Shown: positions 1-8,670, counted from the first letter of the stretch. The stretch is 64,000 nt of DNA from Dehalococcoidia bacterium (GCA_963694315.1 CAVOCU010000001.1:9276-73275); one strand, 5' to 3'. A program made the numbers and translations. The notes: generated by a model not told the origin, from the sequence alone.

Positions 1-239
1 CAACCGCCCAGGGGAGCTGTTGCGGCGATGACTAGGCTCTCTACCGTGAACATCAGGGATATCTCTGCCCTAGTCACCCCCAGATCCTTTTCAAGGGGGA
101 GCAAAAGCAGGCTACGGGCGTTCATGCCTACGCCTGAAGCCACAAACCGTGTGAGCGAAAGCACCAGCACGATTCGCCATCCGTAGAACAGTCCACCACT
201 AAAGAGGTTGTTTATGGAAAGACGTTGTCCGCCGAGCAC
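1..239 (-). CDS. MFS transporter, N-terminal part (gene runs off the window start)
   Basis: Minus-strand translation from GTG at 239 (GGGGAG SD 4 nt upstream) reads LGGQRLSINNLFSGGLFYGWRIVLVLSLTRFVASGVGMNARSLLLLPLEKDLGVTRAEISL. This is the same N-terminal architecture as the complete MFS gene at 43592. It is absent from the ORF track because it has no stop in the window. Confidence 0.55.
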   Translation of the reverse strand, partial: MLGGQRLSINNLFSGGLFYGWRIVLVLSLTRFVASGVGMNARSLLLLPLEKDLGVTRAEISLMFTVESLVIAATAPLGG

Positions 240-290
240 ACTACTCCCCTTGGGTCACGTTGAAGACTGTTCAGCAGTGTAGGGGGACAA

Positions 291-325
291 ACGAAGCCTG
301 TCCATTCAGAACGGACAGGCTTCGT
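291..325. other. perfect 13-bp stem hairpin ACGAAGCCTGTCC-N9-GGACAGGCTTCGT
   Basis: Read directly. Lies in the divergent spacer between the MFS start (239) and the OCD start (587). Confidence 0.6.
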
Positions 326-568
326 GCAAGTTCAATGTCGTATCTGTGGTCTACGGCGCTCCACGGCGAGAGATGAATCGGTACGGATTTTCGTCAACCC
401 GCGTGCTCCCATGAGGGGCTTATTGCTAAATAGACATAGGCCTTTGTGTTGAGATGCCATGTATTCAAGGTACAGGGGAGATATAAACAGGGCATAAACA
501 AACGGCCAATGATATAAACAAAGAGTGTGGTCAGTGTGAAGAGTGGTGTTTGTGCTTTGCACAGTGGG

Positions 569-577
569 TGATATACT
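569..577 (+). promoter_or_regulatory. extended -10 element TGATATACT
   Basis: Matches the TGnTATAAT class. It ends 10 nt before ATG 587, which has no SD, implying a leaderless or 2-4 nt leader mRNA. Confidence 0.4.
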
Positions 578-586
578 CCCCCCACT

Positions 587-1585
587 ATGCCAGATGTGCT
601 ATTGCTCTCAGACAATGACTTTCGACCCTTGCGAGAAGACCCGGCCTACGCCGCAGGCCCAATTGATTGCGTGGAACGTGCTATCCGTGCCCATGACCAG
701 GGAAAGACGCGCTTCCAGGGCATGGTCGATAGGAACCCCGGCGAGTTTGAAGGCTTGCGCGTTGCGATGGCCGCGGGGACAGAGACCTTCACGGGGCTTC
801 GACTCTTCGGAAACCCGCCTCACACGCGAGCTTTCATGCTCTTTGATGGCACCACCAGATCCATGTTGTCGTTAATGGACTACGGCGTCTTGAACTCCCT
901 TCGCGTAGGAGCCATTTCCGGTGTTGCCGCAAAATACCTGGCTCCCAAGGGTGCCAAGGTTATGGGCCTGCTGGGCTCTGGCTGGCAGTCACCCCCCCAG
1001 GTGCAATCCATCACTCACGCCGTTCCCGGCCTGGAATTGATTCGTGTGTACAGCCCCACAAAAGCCAATCGAGAGACTTTTGCTGCGCGGATGACGGAGA
1101 TTCACGGCGTCACCGTTGAGGCCGTAGACACCATTGAAGAGGCTGTCCGTGGCGCAGACATCGTGGATTTGTGCGCCCCCGGCCACTTTGATGTGAAGGA
1201 ACCGTTGCTGGAGATACCTTGGGTGAAGCCTGGAGCGTTGGTCATTTCCATGGCAGCCAGCCAGCTCACGGAAGAGTTCGTGCTGCACTCCCGCGTGGCC
1301 ACGGTCAATTGGCAGAGCTTGGCAGAAGAGCCTGCTCCAAGGCCCCCGTACAGCGGACTTATTGAGAAGGGCCTCTTTTCTAGGGACGATGTCACGGAGC
1401 TTGGCCCAATCATGGACCGCAAAGCAGACCCGCGACGCACACCCGACGATACGGTGATTTATGATCTTACCGGCGGTAACGTCCATGACCTGTTCCTGGC
1501 AACATGGGCGTACGAGTGGGCCAAGGAACGCGGCTTGGGGTCAACGTTTACGCTCACCGGAGAGGACCTCCCCAGAGACCGGTAG
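587..1585 (+). CDS. ornithine cyclodeaminase / mu-crystallin family protein
   Basis: 332-aa ORF with Rossmann-type GLLGSGWQ and overall OCD/mu-crystallin-like sequence. No SD. An extended -10 lies 10 nt upstream. Confidence 0.75.
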   Translation: MPDVLLLSDNDFRPLREDPAYAAGPIDCVERAIRAHDQGKTRFQGMVDRNPGEFEGLRVAMAAGTETFTGLRLFGNPPHTRAFMLFDGTTRSMLSLMDYGVLNSLRVGAISGVAAKYLAPKGAKVMGLLGSGWQSPPQVQSITHAVPGLELIRVYSPTKANRETFAARMTEIHGVTVEAVDTIEEAVRGADIVDLCAPGHFDVKEPLLEIPWVKPGALVISMAASQLTEEFVLHSRVATVNWQSLAEEPAPRPPYSGLIEKGLFSRDDVTELGPIMDRKADPRRTPDDTVIYDLTGGNVHDLFLATWAYEWAKERGLGSTFTLTGEDLPRDR

Positions 1586-1702
1586 GGCGCAAAAGACCCT
1601 AAGGGTCCCCCCTTCTTGTACCGCTAAGTGTGGTAGCCTGTCTGCCCAGCGTATTAAGACGCTGGTTATCGGTGGATTTGGGCCCAGGAAGGGGACAAAA
1701 GA

Positions 1703-2458
1703 ATGGCATCGCAGGCGGAGATTAACAGGCTCAAGAAGCAGGTCGCAGAGAGTTCCCAGATACTCGACCACGAGGGTTTGGTCGATTTCCACGGCCACGT
1801 CAGCGCCCGCATCCCCGGCACCAACTCCATGCTCATCAAGCCCGTGCTGAAGGCCCACAACCAGGTCACGGCTAAGGACATTGTCGTCGTTGATTTAGAG
1901 GCCTACGCCGCAGGCACCGGCAGCCAGTGGAACCCCCGCTTGCAGAAGGGCCGCATCATTGATGCGCCACTGCCCCCGCGCGAGGCGATGATACACGTTG
2001 CCATCATGCTGGCCAGACCCGACGTCAACTCCGTTGTCCACACCCACCAACTCATCGCTACTTCTATCGGCGCGGCCAACGTGCCAATCATTCCTCTGTA
2101 CAACCAGTCGATTCCCTTTGCCCCGGAGACGCCTATCTTCCCGCACCCGCGACTCATTACTACGCGAGAGGACGGCGAGGCTGTAGCCGATTGCCTGGGC
2201 GATCGTACTGGCGTTCTCCTACGAGGACACGGCGTGGTGGTGGTTGGCGAGTCCATTGACCACGCGGTCACCAACACCATCTACCTGGAGCGCGCCGCCA
2301 TCATGCAGGTAGTCGCCTCTATCGTGGGCAAGCCCTACCCGTTGCCGGACGGATACGCTGAGGAGTGGCTGCCCGACTGGACTCGGCGTGCCTCTCACGC
2401 ATACGAGTACTTCAAGTCGCTGGTACCCAGCTTGAACGGCTCAAAGGGCAAGAGCTAG
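1703..2458 (+). CDS. class II aldolase / adducin domain protein
   Basis: 251-aa ORF with the HVAIMLARPDVNSVVHTHQ and LLRGHGVVVVG motifs typical of class II aldolases. SD GGAAGGGGA. Confidence 0.85.
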   Translation: MASQAEINRLKKQVAESSQILDHEGLVDFHGHVSARIPGTNSMLIKPVLKAHNQVTAKDIVVVDLEAYAAGTGSQWNPRLQKGRIIDAPLPPREAMIHVAIMLARPDVNSVVHTHQLIATSIGAANVPIIPLYNQSIPFAPETPIFPHPRLITTREDGEAVADCLGDRTGVLLRGHGVVVVGESIDHAVTNTIYLERAAIMQVVASIVGKPYPLPDGYAEEWLPDWTRRASHAYEYFKSLVPSLNGSKGKS

Positions 2459-2543
2459 GACGCATTCCCCTACCCCTCTGAGTAGTCGCGCCTCTGGTTC
2501 AACCCTTCTCTCAACTACCCCTCAGCTACCCATTTATAGGTGA

Positions 2544-2559
2544 TGTGAAAACAATCACA
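2544..2559. promoter_or_regulatory. CRP/FNR-type palindrome TGTGA-N6-TCACA
   Basis: Exact consensus half-sites (extended form ATGTGAaaacaaTCACAT), 90 nt upstream of the DoxX-like gene. Confidence 0.45.
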
Positions 2560-2649
2560 TTGATATGCTACAGGTGAAGCGGATGAGGAGGGGATGACCC
2601 GGGGGAAACCTAAAAACGCGACGGCCTGGCAGCCGGGAAGGAGACCAAA

Positions 2650-3183
2650 ATGACCACGATGAGAGAGAGGGAACAGGTCCAGCGACTGGGTGGAGACGAG
2701 TTGAAGGGTCTGGTAGCGCTGCGTGAGAAGTTCGCGAAGAAGCCTCACCATCTCGACAAGTATGTTTGGGGCGCTCTGAGAATCGGTGTAGGGTGGATCT
2801 TCCTCTGGGGCTTCCTGGACAAGCTCTTTGGACTCGGGTTCGCAACGTCTAGAGAGAGTGCCTGGATCAACGGCGGCAGCCCCACCTTCGGGCTCCTGAA
2901 CTTCGTCACCAAGGGGCCTTTCGCCGGGTTCTACCAGGGTATGGCCACCAGCGAGGTGGTTGAATGGGTGTTCATGCTAGGGCTTCTGCTCATCGGTGTC
3001 TCGCTCATGGTGGGCATCGGAGTGAGGCTTGCAGCGGCGGGCGGCGTGGCAATGGAGATCATGATGTACACGGCGGGGTTCATCTTCCTAGGCATCTTGC
3101 TGGTGGGCGGAGGCCAGTACCTGGGACTCGGAGGCTGGTGGAAGCTGACGAGGTTGGTGAAGTGGTTCCCAGTTCTTGAGTAA
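2650..3183 (+). CDS. DoxX-like integral membrane protein
   Basis: 177-aa ORF with about 4 hydrophobic helices and DoxX-like WIFLWGFLDKLFG. SD GGAAGGAGA. Confidence 0.55.
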   Translation: MTTMREREQVQRLGGDELKGLVALREKFAKKPHHLDKYVWGALRIGVGWIFLWGFLDKLFGLGFATSRESAWINGGSPTFGLLNFVTKGPFAGFYQGMATSEVVEWVFMLGLLLIGVSLMVGIGVRLAAAGGVAMEIMMYTAGFIFLGILLVGGGQYLGLGGWWKLTRLVKWFPVLE

Positions 3184-3212
3184 CTGCCCTTTCCGGCTCG
3201 GGTCGACCTGAC

Positions 3213-3250
3213 AATAGAACCCTGGAGCCTTAAGGCTCCAGGGTTCTATT
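3213..3250 (+). terminator. 17-bp perfect stem hairpin after the DoxX-like gene
   Basis: AATAGAACCCTGGAGCC-ttaa-GGCTCCAGGGTTCTATT. Confidence 0.7.
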
Positions 3251-3273
3251 CGCATAAAATTAGAACAAATGAT

Positions 3274-3303
3274 TTGACAAATAACAAACACATGTTCTAT
3301 TAT
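3274..3303 (+). promoter_or_regulatory. sigma-70-type promoter TTGACA-N18-TATTAT
   Basis: Read directly. Lies 60-70 nt upstream of ORF 3366. Confidence 0.6.
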
Positions 3304-3365
3304 TTTTTCCAGCGCAGGAATTCGGGAACGGAATCCCGGAGGGAGCGTCACTTAAAACGGAGGTA

Positions 3366-3599
3366 ATGACAATGATGCAGATGACAGAAGAACATATCCA
3401 GATCAAGGTACAGCGACTTGAGGGCCTGAACGACCAGGTCAGGATCAGCATAGTGGACGAGACCAACAAGGGAGCCAGCGGTAAGTCCATTTGCATGGAC
3501 CCGGAGAACGCAGCCCATATCGTTGGCCAGCTCTACCAGACTGGTCGACAGCGCGGCGCGCGCATCTCCCTTGAGGTTGGGCTGCTACCGGCGAGTTAG
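3366..3599 (+). CDS. hypothetical small protein (start may be 3372 or 3375)
   Basis: 77-aa ORF preceded by GGAGG and by a TTGACA-N18-TATTAT promoter. I recognise no family. Confidence 0.4.
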   Translation: MTMMQMTEEHIQIKVQRLEGLNDQVRISIVDETNKGASGKSICMDPENAAHIVGQLYQTGRQRGARISLEVGLLPAS

Positions 3600-3658
3600 C
3601 CCGGGCTGGCTCGCGACAGCTATCTGGGTAGACTACCCCGCGCGCATTGAAAAACCGG

Positions 3659-3823
3659 TCATCCTGAACTTGTAGAAGGGCGGCTCTGACTACTGATTTC
3701 CCGCGCTGCTGCCAGGTCTTCAGGTGTATTGATGTCCATGAACGACTGGGCCTGGAAGCCCAGTCGTTTTACGTCAACCGTATCCAGCGGTTCCACAGGC
3801 CCTGCTGCTATCAGGTCACGCAT
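3659..3823 (-). pseudogene. orphan C-terminal remnant of a MobA-like nucleotidyltransferase
   Basis: The tail ...VDVKRLGFQAQSFMDINTPEDLAAA matches the conserved C-terminal F-x-N-x-NTPEDL ending of MobA-type proteins. The roughly 140-aa N-terminal catalytic part is missing. The upstream part of the ORF overlaps the methyltransferase 3' end, and there is no SD. Confidence 0.3.
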
Positions 3824-3863
3824 GGCACAATGCCCGTAACCTCTACGGTCTGATGTGCCTGGC

Positions 3864-4646
3864 CTAACGCCCAACGCCCTCTGGTCGCCAGGAGGCGATT
3901 CCCAATCGCTGGGGTTTAACACCCTTGCTGATGAGGCCGCTTGGCGTTTCTTCAAGCAACTCGGTCATGGCAGATTGAAGTCGCTCGTCCTTGTCCGTTT
4001 CTGCTTCAACCCCCAGTCTTTGCCTCAGATACTCCAGCGCGCCAGCCTTGTCTGCCTCCAACCGGGGTAGGGTAGACGCAAACATCTCCAGGTCTGGGTA
4101 AACGTCCATCTCCCAGAAAACGTGTATGAGGTCCGGCAGCGTGGGTAGAGGGATTGGATCTGAGCCGTGGACGCGTTTGTAAAATGGCGTCTCTATCATC
4201 CCCGGAAACTCCATCATCACCACCACCAAAACCCTGTCCGTCGCCATTTGTGCGAGCTTCAGGATGAAGGGGCCTACGTCCTGCACGTGATGGAGCACTA
4301 AAGAGCAAAGCACAATGTCAGCCGTTTTAACCTCAGCGGCTTTCCAGTCGGATGTGATAGCCGTAATGTTCGTAATGCCTCGCTCTACCGCAATGCTTTG
4401 CAGCAGTTCCATCGAGTCACTCGATGGGTCTACCACGGTGACGTGTTTGGCGCGAGATTCCAGTGGGATTGCATAGCATCCAGTGCCGCCGCCAACATCG
4501 AGAACGGCGGTCTGCGGCCCTATAACTGCGTACAGGCTGTTCAATACAGGGTCGTCTGTCCTGTCGGGGTTGTCTTGACGAACGGCGAAGCGACTCCCAC
4601 GGTGGCCATGGCCGTGACCATGACCTCCCTTGTTCCCATGGAGCAC
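3864..4646 (-). CDS. class I SAM-dependent methyltransferase
   Basis: VLDVGGGTGCYAIPL motif I followed by DIVLCSLVLHHV. His/Gly-rich N-terminus. Confidence 0.8.
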   Translation of the reverse strand: MLHGNKGGHGHGHGHRGSRFAVRQDNPDRTDDPVLNSLYAVIGPQTAVLDVGGGTGCYAIPLESRAKHVTVVDPSSDSMELLQSIAVERGITNITAITSDWKAAEVKTADIVLCSLVLHHVQDVGPFILKLAQMATDRVLVVVMMEFPGMIETPFYKRVHGSDPIPLPTLPDLIHVFWEMDVYPDLEMFASTLPRLEADKAGALEYLRQRLGVEAETDKDERLQSAMTELLEETPSGLISKGVKPQRLGIASWRPEGVGR

Positions 4647-4729
4647 TGCAGTCTCTCGTTCATAGGCGTCAATCTGCTCGTGCTAGGCGGTAAATACTGA
4701 TGCCATGCCGTATCTCCGTTCTCGGGTGT

Positions 4730-4758
4730 TTGACGATGTTAGGGGCCCAGCATATAGT
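4730..4758 (+). promoter_or_regulatory. sigma-70-type promoter TTGACG-N17-TATAGT
   Basis: Read directly. Lies 70 nt upstream of the cupin-LLM-Rieske1 gene string. Confidence 0.6.
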
Positions 4759-4828
4759 GAACTTCCCCTGCCGTGAAGGCACGGAGCGCGGCATTGATGG
4801 AATCATGAATGGGGAATGGAGGTAGGGT

Positions 4829-5404
4829 ATGGCTCAAGTAGTTGGGTACACACTAGATGCGTTCATTGAAGACGTTCGAAAGGCCTTTGCCGATTCGGAT
4901 GACGCCAAGGTTCAGGCACAGACAGTGGCCGGGGACATGGGTACGCTCTTGCAAGTTCCAAACTTGCTGGACGGAAAGATTGAGATACCGGAGACGGGCA
5001 CAGCTGTCGCCAGCCTTCACCATGACACGGATTACGGCCATCCAGCCCCCGGGTTCTGGCTGATGTGCAATGTCCAGACCAGGAGTGGCGCAACGGTCGG
5101 CGTCCACCCCCATGACCACGGTGCGGCATGGGTTGTGTACGGGGTCTACTCCGGCGCTATCCAGCAGACAACATGGCGATGGGCCTTCCATGAGCCTGAC
5201 CGCACGGTTCCTCACCTTGACGAGGCCGGTCAGTGGGTTCAGAAGCCCGGCGAGGTAGCATTCTTCATGCCAGGTGCCATCCACGCCCAGAAGAACATCA
5301 ACGACGGCCCTTCAGTGGTCATTCGACTTGAGGCGCAGAAGCTTGATGGCGTGATTCGGCATAGCTACAACCTGGAGACTGAGGCCGCTACCATAGTCGG
5401 CTAA
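4829..5404 (+). CDS. cupin domain protein (metal-dependent, function unknown)
   Basis: 191-aa ORF with HPHDHGAAWVVYGV and GAIHAQKN cupin-like motifs. SD GGAGG. First gene behind the promoter at 4730. Confidence 0.55.
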   Translation: MAQVVGYTLDAFIEDVRKAFADSDDAKVQAQTVAGDMGTLLQVPNLLDGKIEIPETGTAVASLHHDTDYGHPAPGFWLMCNVQTRSGATVGVHPHDHGAAWVVYGVYSGAIQQTTWRWAFHEPDRTVPHLDEAGQWVQKPGEVAFFMPGAIHAQKNINDGPSVVIRLEAQKLDGVIRHSYNLETEAATIVG

Positions 5405-5433
5405 TTACGATAATTACAAGGAGTGAACACACA

Positions 5434-6366
5434 ATGGCCCTGAAAGACACCATTGCCGTTGGTATGGCAACCCCCCAGGCGTTTCTGCGCAACCCCATAG
5501 ATATGAGCCAGGTACGGACCGTGGCCCAACGGGCGGAGGCTCTGGGCTTCCGCGACCTTTGGACAACGGAGAACACCCTGGGGCCAAACAACAGCCTGGA
5601 GCCCTCCGTGCTCCTGAGCTACGTCGCCGGATTGACTACCACCATCAGGCTTGGTGTGTCAGTAGTGGTGTTCCCCTTTCACAGCCCCATCAACGTAGCT
5701 CGGCGTTACGGCACCCTGGATCAGGTGAGCAGCGGTCGGGTTACGCTGGGCCTTGGGATTGGCAGGGGCGATGCTGCACAGTACGCCGCCTTTGGGCTTC
5801 CCTTTGAGCGAAGAGTGACCCGGTTCACAGAGGGTGTGGAACTGCTGAAGGCCCTGTGGACAGAGCCTGTGGTCAATTTTAAAGGCGAGATATTCCAGAT
5901 AGAGGGCGCGACGATGGAGCCAAAGCCCATACAGAAACCACACATACCCCTCTGGATGGGTGGAGTACACCCCAACGTGCTCAAGCGCACCGCGGCCATT
6001 GCGGATGGGTGGATGGGGGCTGGAGGCAACACCACATCCCAGTATCCGGGCCTGGTTGCTACCCTACGGCAGGAGCTTGAGGCAGTAGGTCGAGACCCGG
6101 CCACGTTCCCTACGTCCAAGCGCATCTACGTGTCTGTGAGCGAGGTGCCCGGCGAGGCCCTTGCAGAACTGACGCACTTTTGTCAGACGACGTATGGTAA
6201 CGGCGATAACGCCGCTGACCAGGGCATATGCGGCACCCCGGAAGAGGTGAGGGAGCAGTTGGAATCCCTGGTTGCTACTACAGGCCCTGACCACTTGTTG
6301 CTGCACCCCGTGACCCGCTTTGTTGAGCACGTGGACGCGGTGGCAGAGATTGTGGGCCTGAAATAG
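5434..6366 (+). CDS. luciferase-like monooxygenase (LLM class, F420/flavin-dependent oxidoreductase)
   Basis: 310 aa with an LLM signature (GFRDLWTTEN, GRVTLGLGIG, IPLWMGG). Confidence 0.85.
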   Translation: MALKDTIAVGMATPQAFLRNPIDMSQVRTVAQRAEALGFRDLWTTENTLGPNNSLEPSVLLSYVAGLTTTIRLGVSVVVFPFHSPINVARRYGTLDQVSSGRVTLGLGIGRGDAAQYAAFGLPFERRVTRFTEGVELLKALWTEPVVNFKGEIFQIEGATMEPKPIQKPHIPLWMGGVHPNVLKRTAAIADGWMGAGGNTTSQYPGLVATLRQELEAVGRDPATFPTSKRIYVSVSEVPGEALAELTHFCQTTYGNGDNAADQGICGTPEEVREQLESLVATTGPDHLLLHPVTRFVEHVDAVAEIVGLK

Positions 6367-6447
6367 AGATTATCGCTTGACGGCGGAATCACAGCAGTAG
6401 ATTCTGTTTAGTGACCCTGGATAACGGGGTAAAAGGGGAGGGTATCA

Positions 6448-7758
6448 ATGCTTTCACAACGGGAAAACGAGCTTCTGTCTCAGGTTGGCCCCGGAACGCC
6501 TATGGGAGAGCTGTTCAGGCGGTTCTGGCTCCCTGCGTTGCTATCATCGGAGCTCCCTGAGCCGGACTGTGCACCGATACGTCTGCGGCTGCTCGGCGAA
6601 AACCTGGTGGCCTTCCGTGACACGGATGGTAAAGTCGGCGTCATCGATAACGCATGCCCACATCGTCGCGCCAGCCTGTTCTTCGGTCGCAACGAGGAGT
6701 GCGGACTCCGCTGTGTCTATCACGGCTGGAAGTTCGATGTGAACGGCGATTGCGTGGACATGCCCTCGGAGCCTGCCGAGAGCAACTTCAAAGATAAGGT
6801 CAAGATTAAGGCATACCCCGCAGAGGACTTCGGCGATTGCATCTGGATATACATGGGGCCACCGGAGTTGAAGCATGACCTGCCCCAATTCGAGTGGGCG
6901 CGTGTGCCTGCCAACCAGCGTCGGGTTTCGCGATGGATTCAGGACTGCAACTACATGCAGGCTTTGGAAGGCGACCTCGATTCGACCCACGTGTCCTTCC
7001 TGCATAGGTGGATGGACGTGGAGCAGGCCATGCCCTGGGACCCGCAGCAGAAGGAGCGACGCCGCAAGACGAATAGCGGTCAGGCGTTGTTGTACCGTGA
7101 GGGAGCCCCCCGGTTCTCCGTCAAAGAGACCGACTTTGGCATGATCTACGGTGCACGTCGACCCGCGGGCGACGACGAGTACTACTGGCGGCTCACCAAC
7201 TGGATGCTGCCCGTGTACACTATGCCGCCCCAGCCCACGTCCTGGTTTGGCCACGCATGGGTGCCGGTGGACGATGAGCATATCTCTGTGGTGTCTTTCA
7301 ACTGGAACCCCAACGAGCCGCTGAACACGCCTACGGCCAACAATTCCGGCAACATTGAGCTTGAGCGTTGCCAGATGCCCTTCCCGGACGGCTTTGTCAT
7401 AGACACATGGCGTGATGTCCGTCAGGCCACCAATGATTACAAGATTGATAGGGAGCTTCAGCGCACCGGAAACTACACGGGCATTGGGCCGCAGCGAACC
7501 CAGGACGTCATGGTCAATGAGACCCAGGGCGGGGTGTCAGACCGGACCAAGGAGCACCTGGGCACGACGGATATGGCTATCATTGCCGCGCGACGGAAGT
7601 TATTACGATTGGCCCGGGAGCTTCAGGAGGGCATAGAACCTGTGGCGGCAATGCAGGGCGATATGTATCACATTCGCGCCATTGATGTGGTGACGAGCGA
7701 GTCGGACATCGTCAGCGTCCTGGAAAAGCACGGTGACATAGGCGTCGCGACGAACTAA
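6448..7758 (+). CDS. Rieske [2Fe-2S] oxygenase, alpha-only type (paralog 1)
   Basis: CPH-x16-CVYH Rieske motif and DSTHVSFLH (D-x2-H-x4-H) mononuclear iron motif. SD GGGGAGG. Confidence 0.9.
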   Translation: MLSQRENELLSQVGPGTPMGELFRRFWLPALLSSELPEPDCAPIRLRLLGENLVAFRDTDGKVGVIDNACPHRRASLFFGRNEECGLRCVYHGWKFDVNGDCVDMPSEPAESNFKDKVKIKAYPAEDFGDCIWIYMGPPELKHDLPQFEWARVPANQRRVSRWIQDCNYMQALEGDLDSTHVSFLHRWMDVEQAMPWDPQQKERRRKTNSGQALLYREGAPRFSVKETDFGMIYGARRPAGDDEYYWRLTNWMLPVYTMPPQPTSWFGHAWVPVDDEHISVVSFNWNPNEPLNTPTANNSGNIELERCQMPFPDGFVIDTWRDVRQATNDYKIDRELQRTGNYTGIGPQRTQDVMVNETQGGVSDRTKEHLGTTDMAIIAARRKLLRLARELQEGIEPVAAMQGDMYHIRAIDVVTSESDIVSVLEKHGDIGVATN

Positions 7759-7770
7759 CTCTAGTGTGGG

Positions 7771-8595
7771 TTACGTAAGGGCGTAGACCACGCCATCGAC
7801 GGCAACGCGCCCTTCGTTTGTCAGCTTGATGAGTTGGCTTTCAATCTGCTCCTTGCCAATGCGGAGCCGCTCTTCAGGCAGGGTTGGGTAGATAGTCTGG
7901 AACAGCTGATCAATGGTCTGTGGGGCCGTTGCAAGCTCAGCCAGAAGCTGCTCTTCCCTGCGTAGTCTGTGGTCAATGAGTTGCTGAATGCGCCCTCCCG
8001 GGTCTGTCAGAGGCCTGCCGTGTCCTGGGTAGATAGTCCCAGGCCGCAGGTCGCGCAGCATCACCAGGGTTTGCACATACTTCCCCAGGTCGCCCTCGCT
8101 TGGCCGCACCACCGTGGTGGTTACGCCCAGCACAGAGTCTGCGGATAGCATCACGTTTCGCTCAGGGATAATCACTGCCAGGCTTCCCACGGTATGCCCG
8201 GGCGCGTGGACTACTTGTAACGTCAGACCTCCCAGGTCGTAGGACTCGCCACCCTCCAGAACCCTGTCGAGCGTCGCTGCCCCCCAAAACCGTTCAGCCT
8301 CTATTGCCACTTGGTCCAACCTGTGTGCAGATGTGGGGGTGCCAATGTCGTTGTGGATACGGAGTGCACCGCCACCGTGGTCGCCGTGCCTGTGGGTGAT
8401 GAGTATCTCCGTGAGTGGTGGCCCGCCGACGCTCTTGAGGTACGTCATTCGCGCGATGTGGTCGTCCTCGTTGTCCCAGCCAGAGTCCACGAACATGGAG
8501 GCGTCTGTACCCTGTATCAGGTACACGTTAGGGGAAGGGATGCCGAAGGGCTTCCGTCCGTGGGCAAGCTGATGGATGCCGGGTTCAAGTTCCAA
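7771..8595 (-). CDS. MBL-fold metallo-hydrolase
   Basis: ITHRHGDHGGG (HxHxDH) motif, followed by later HAPGHT and a C-terminal helical extension. Confidence 0.85.
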   Translation of the reverse strand: MELEPGIHQLAHGRKPFGIPSPNVYLIQGTDASMFVDSGWDNEDDHIARMTYLKSVGGPPLTEILITHRHGDHGGGALRIHNDIGTPTSAHRLDQVAIEAERFWGAATLDRVLEGGESYDLGGLTLQVVHAPGHTVGSLAVIIPERNVMLSADSVLGVTTTVVRPSEGDLGKYVQTLVMLRDLRPGTIYPGHGRPLTDPGGRIQQLIDHRLRREEQLLAELATAPQTIDQLFQTIYPTLPEERLRIGKEQIESQLIKLTNEGRVAVDGVVYALT

Positions 8596-8670
8596 GTAAT
8601 TCCGCCTTACAGCGTTGATGTGGGTTTGTGTAGGGGGAAAGTCAGCCGGTGGCAGCAGAAGCCGTGAAGG

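Noticed and set aside
4596-4632. A short periodic nucleotide repeat (CCATGGCCGTGACCATGACC) that looked like a micro-satellite.
   Set aside because: It simply encodes the GHGHGHGH stretch at the N-terminus of the methyltransferase on the minus strand.
6544-7281. 245-aa ORF antisense to Rieske paralog 1. Similar long antisense ORFs occur at 11126..11932, 12357..13079, 18993..19466, 35488..35883, 50171..50743, 53189..53704, 54171..54770 and 55339..55905.
   Set aside because: They lie fully inside genes with unmistakable family motifs on the other strand. They have Arg/Pro/Gly/His-rich low-complexity composition typical of antisense frames in GC-rich DNA. None has an SD or a recognisable domain.
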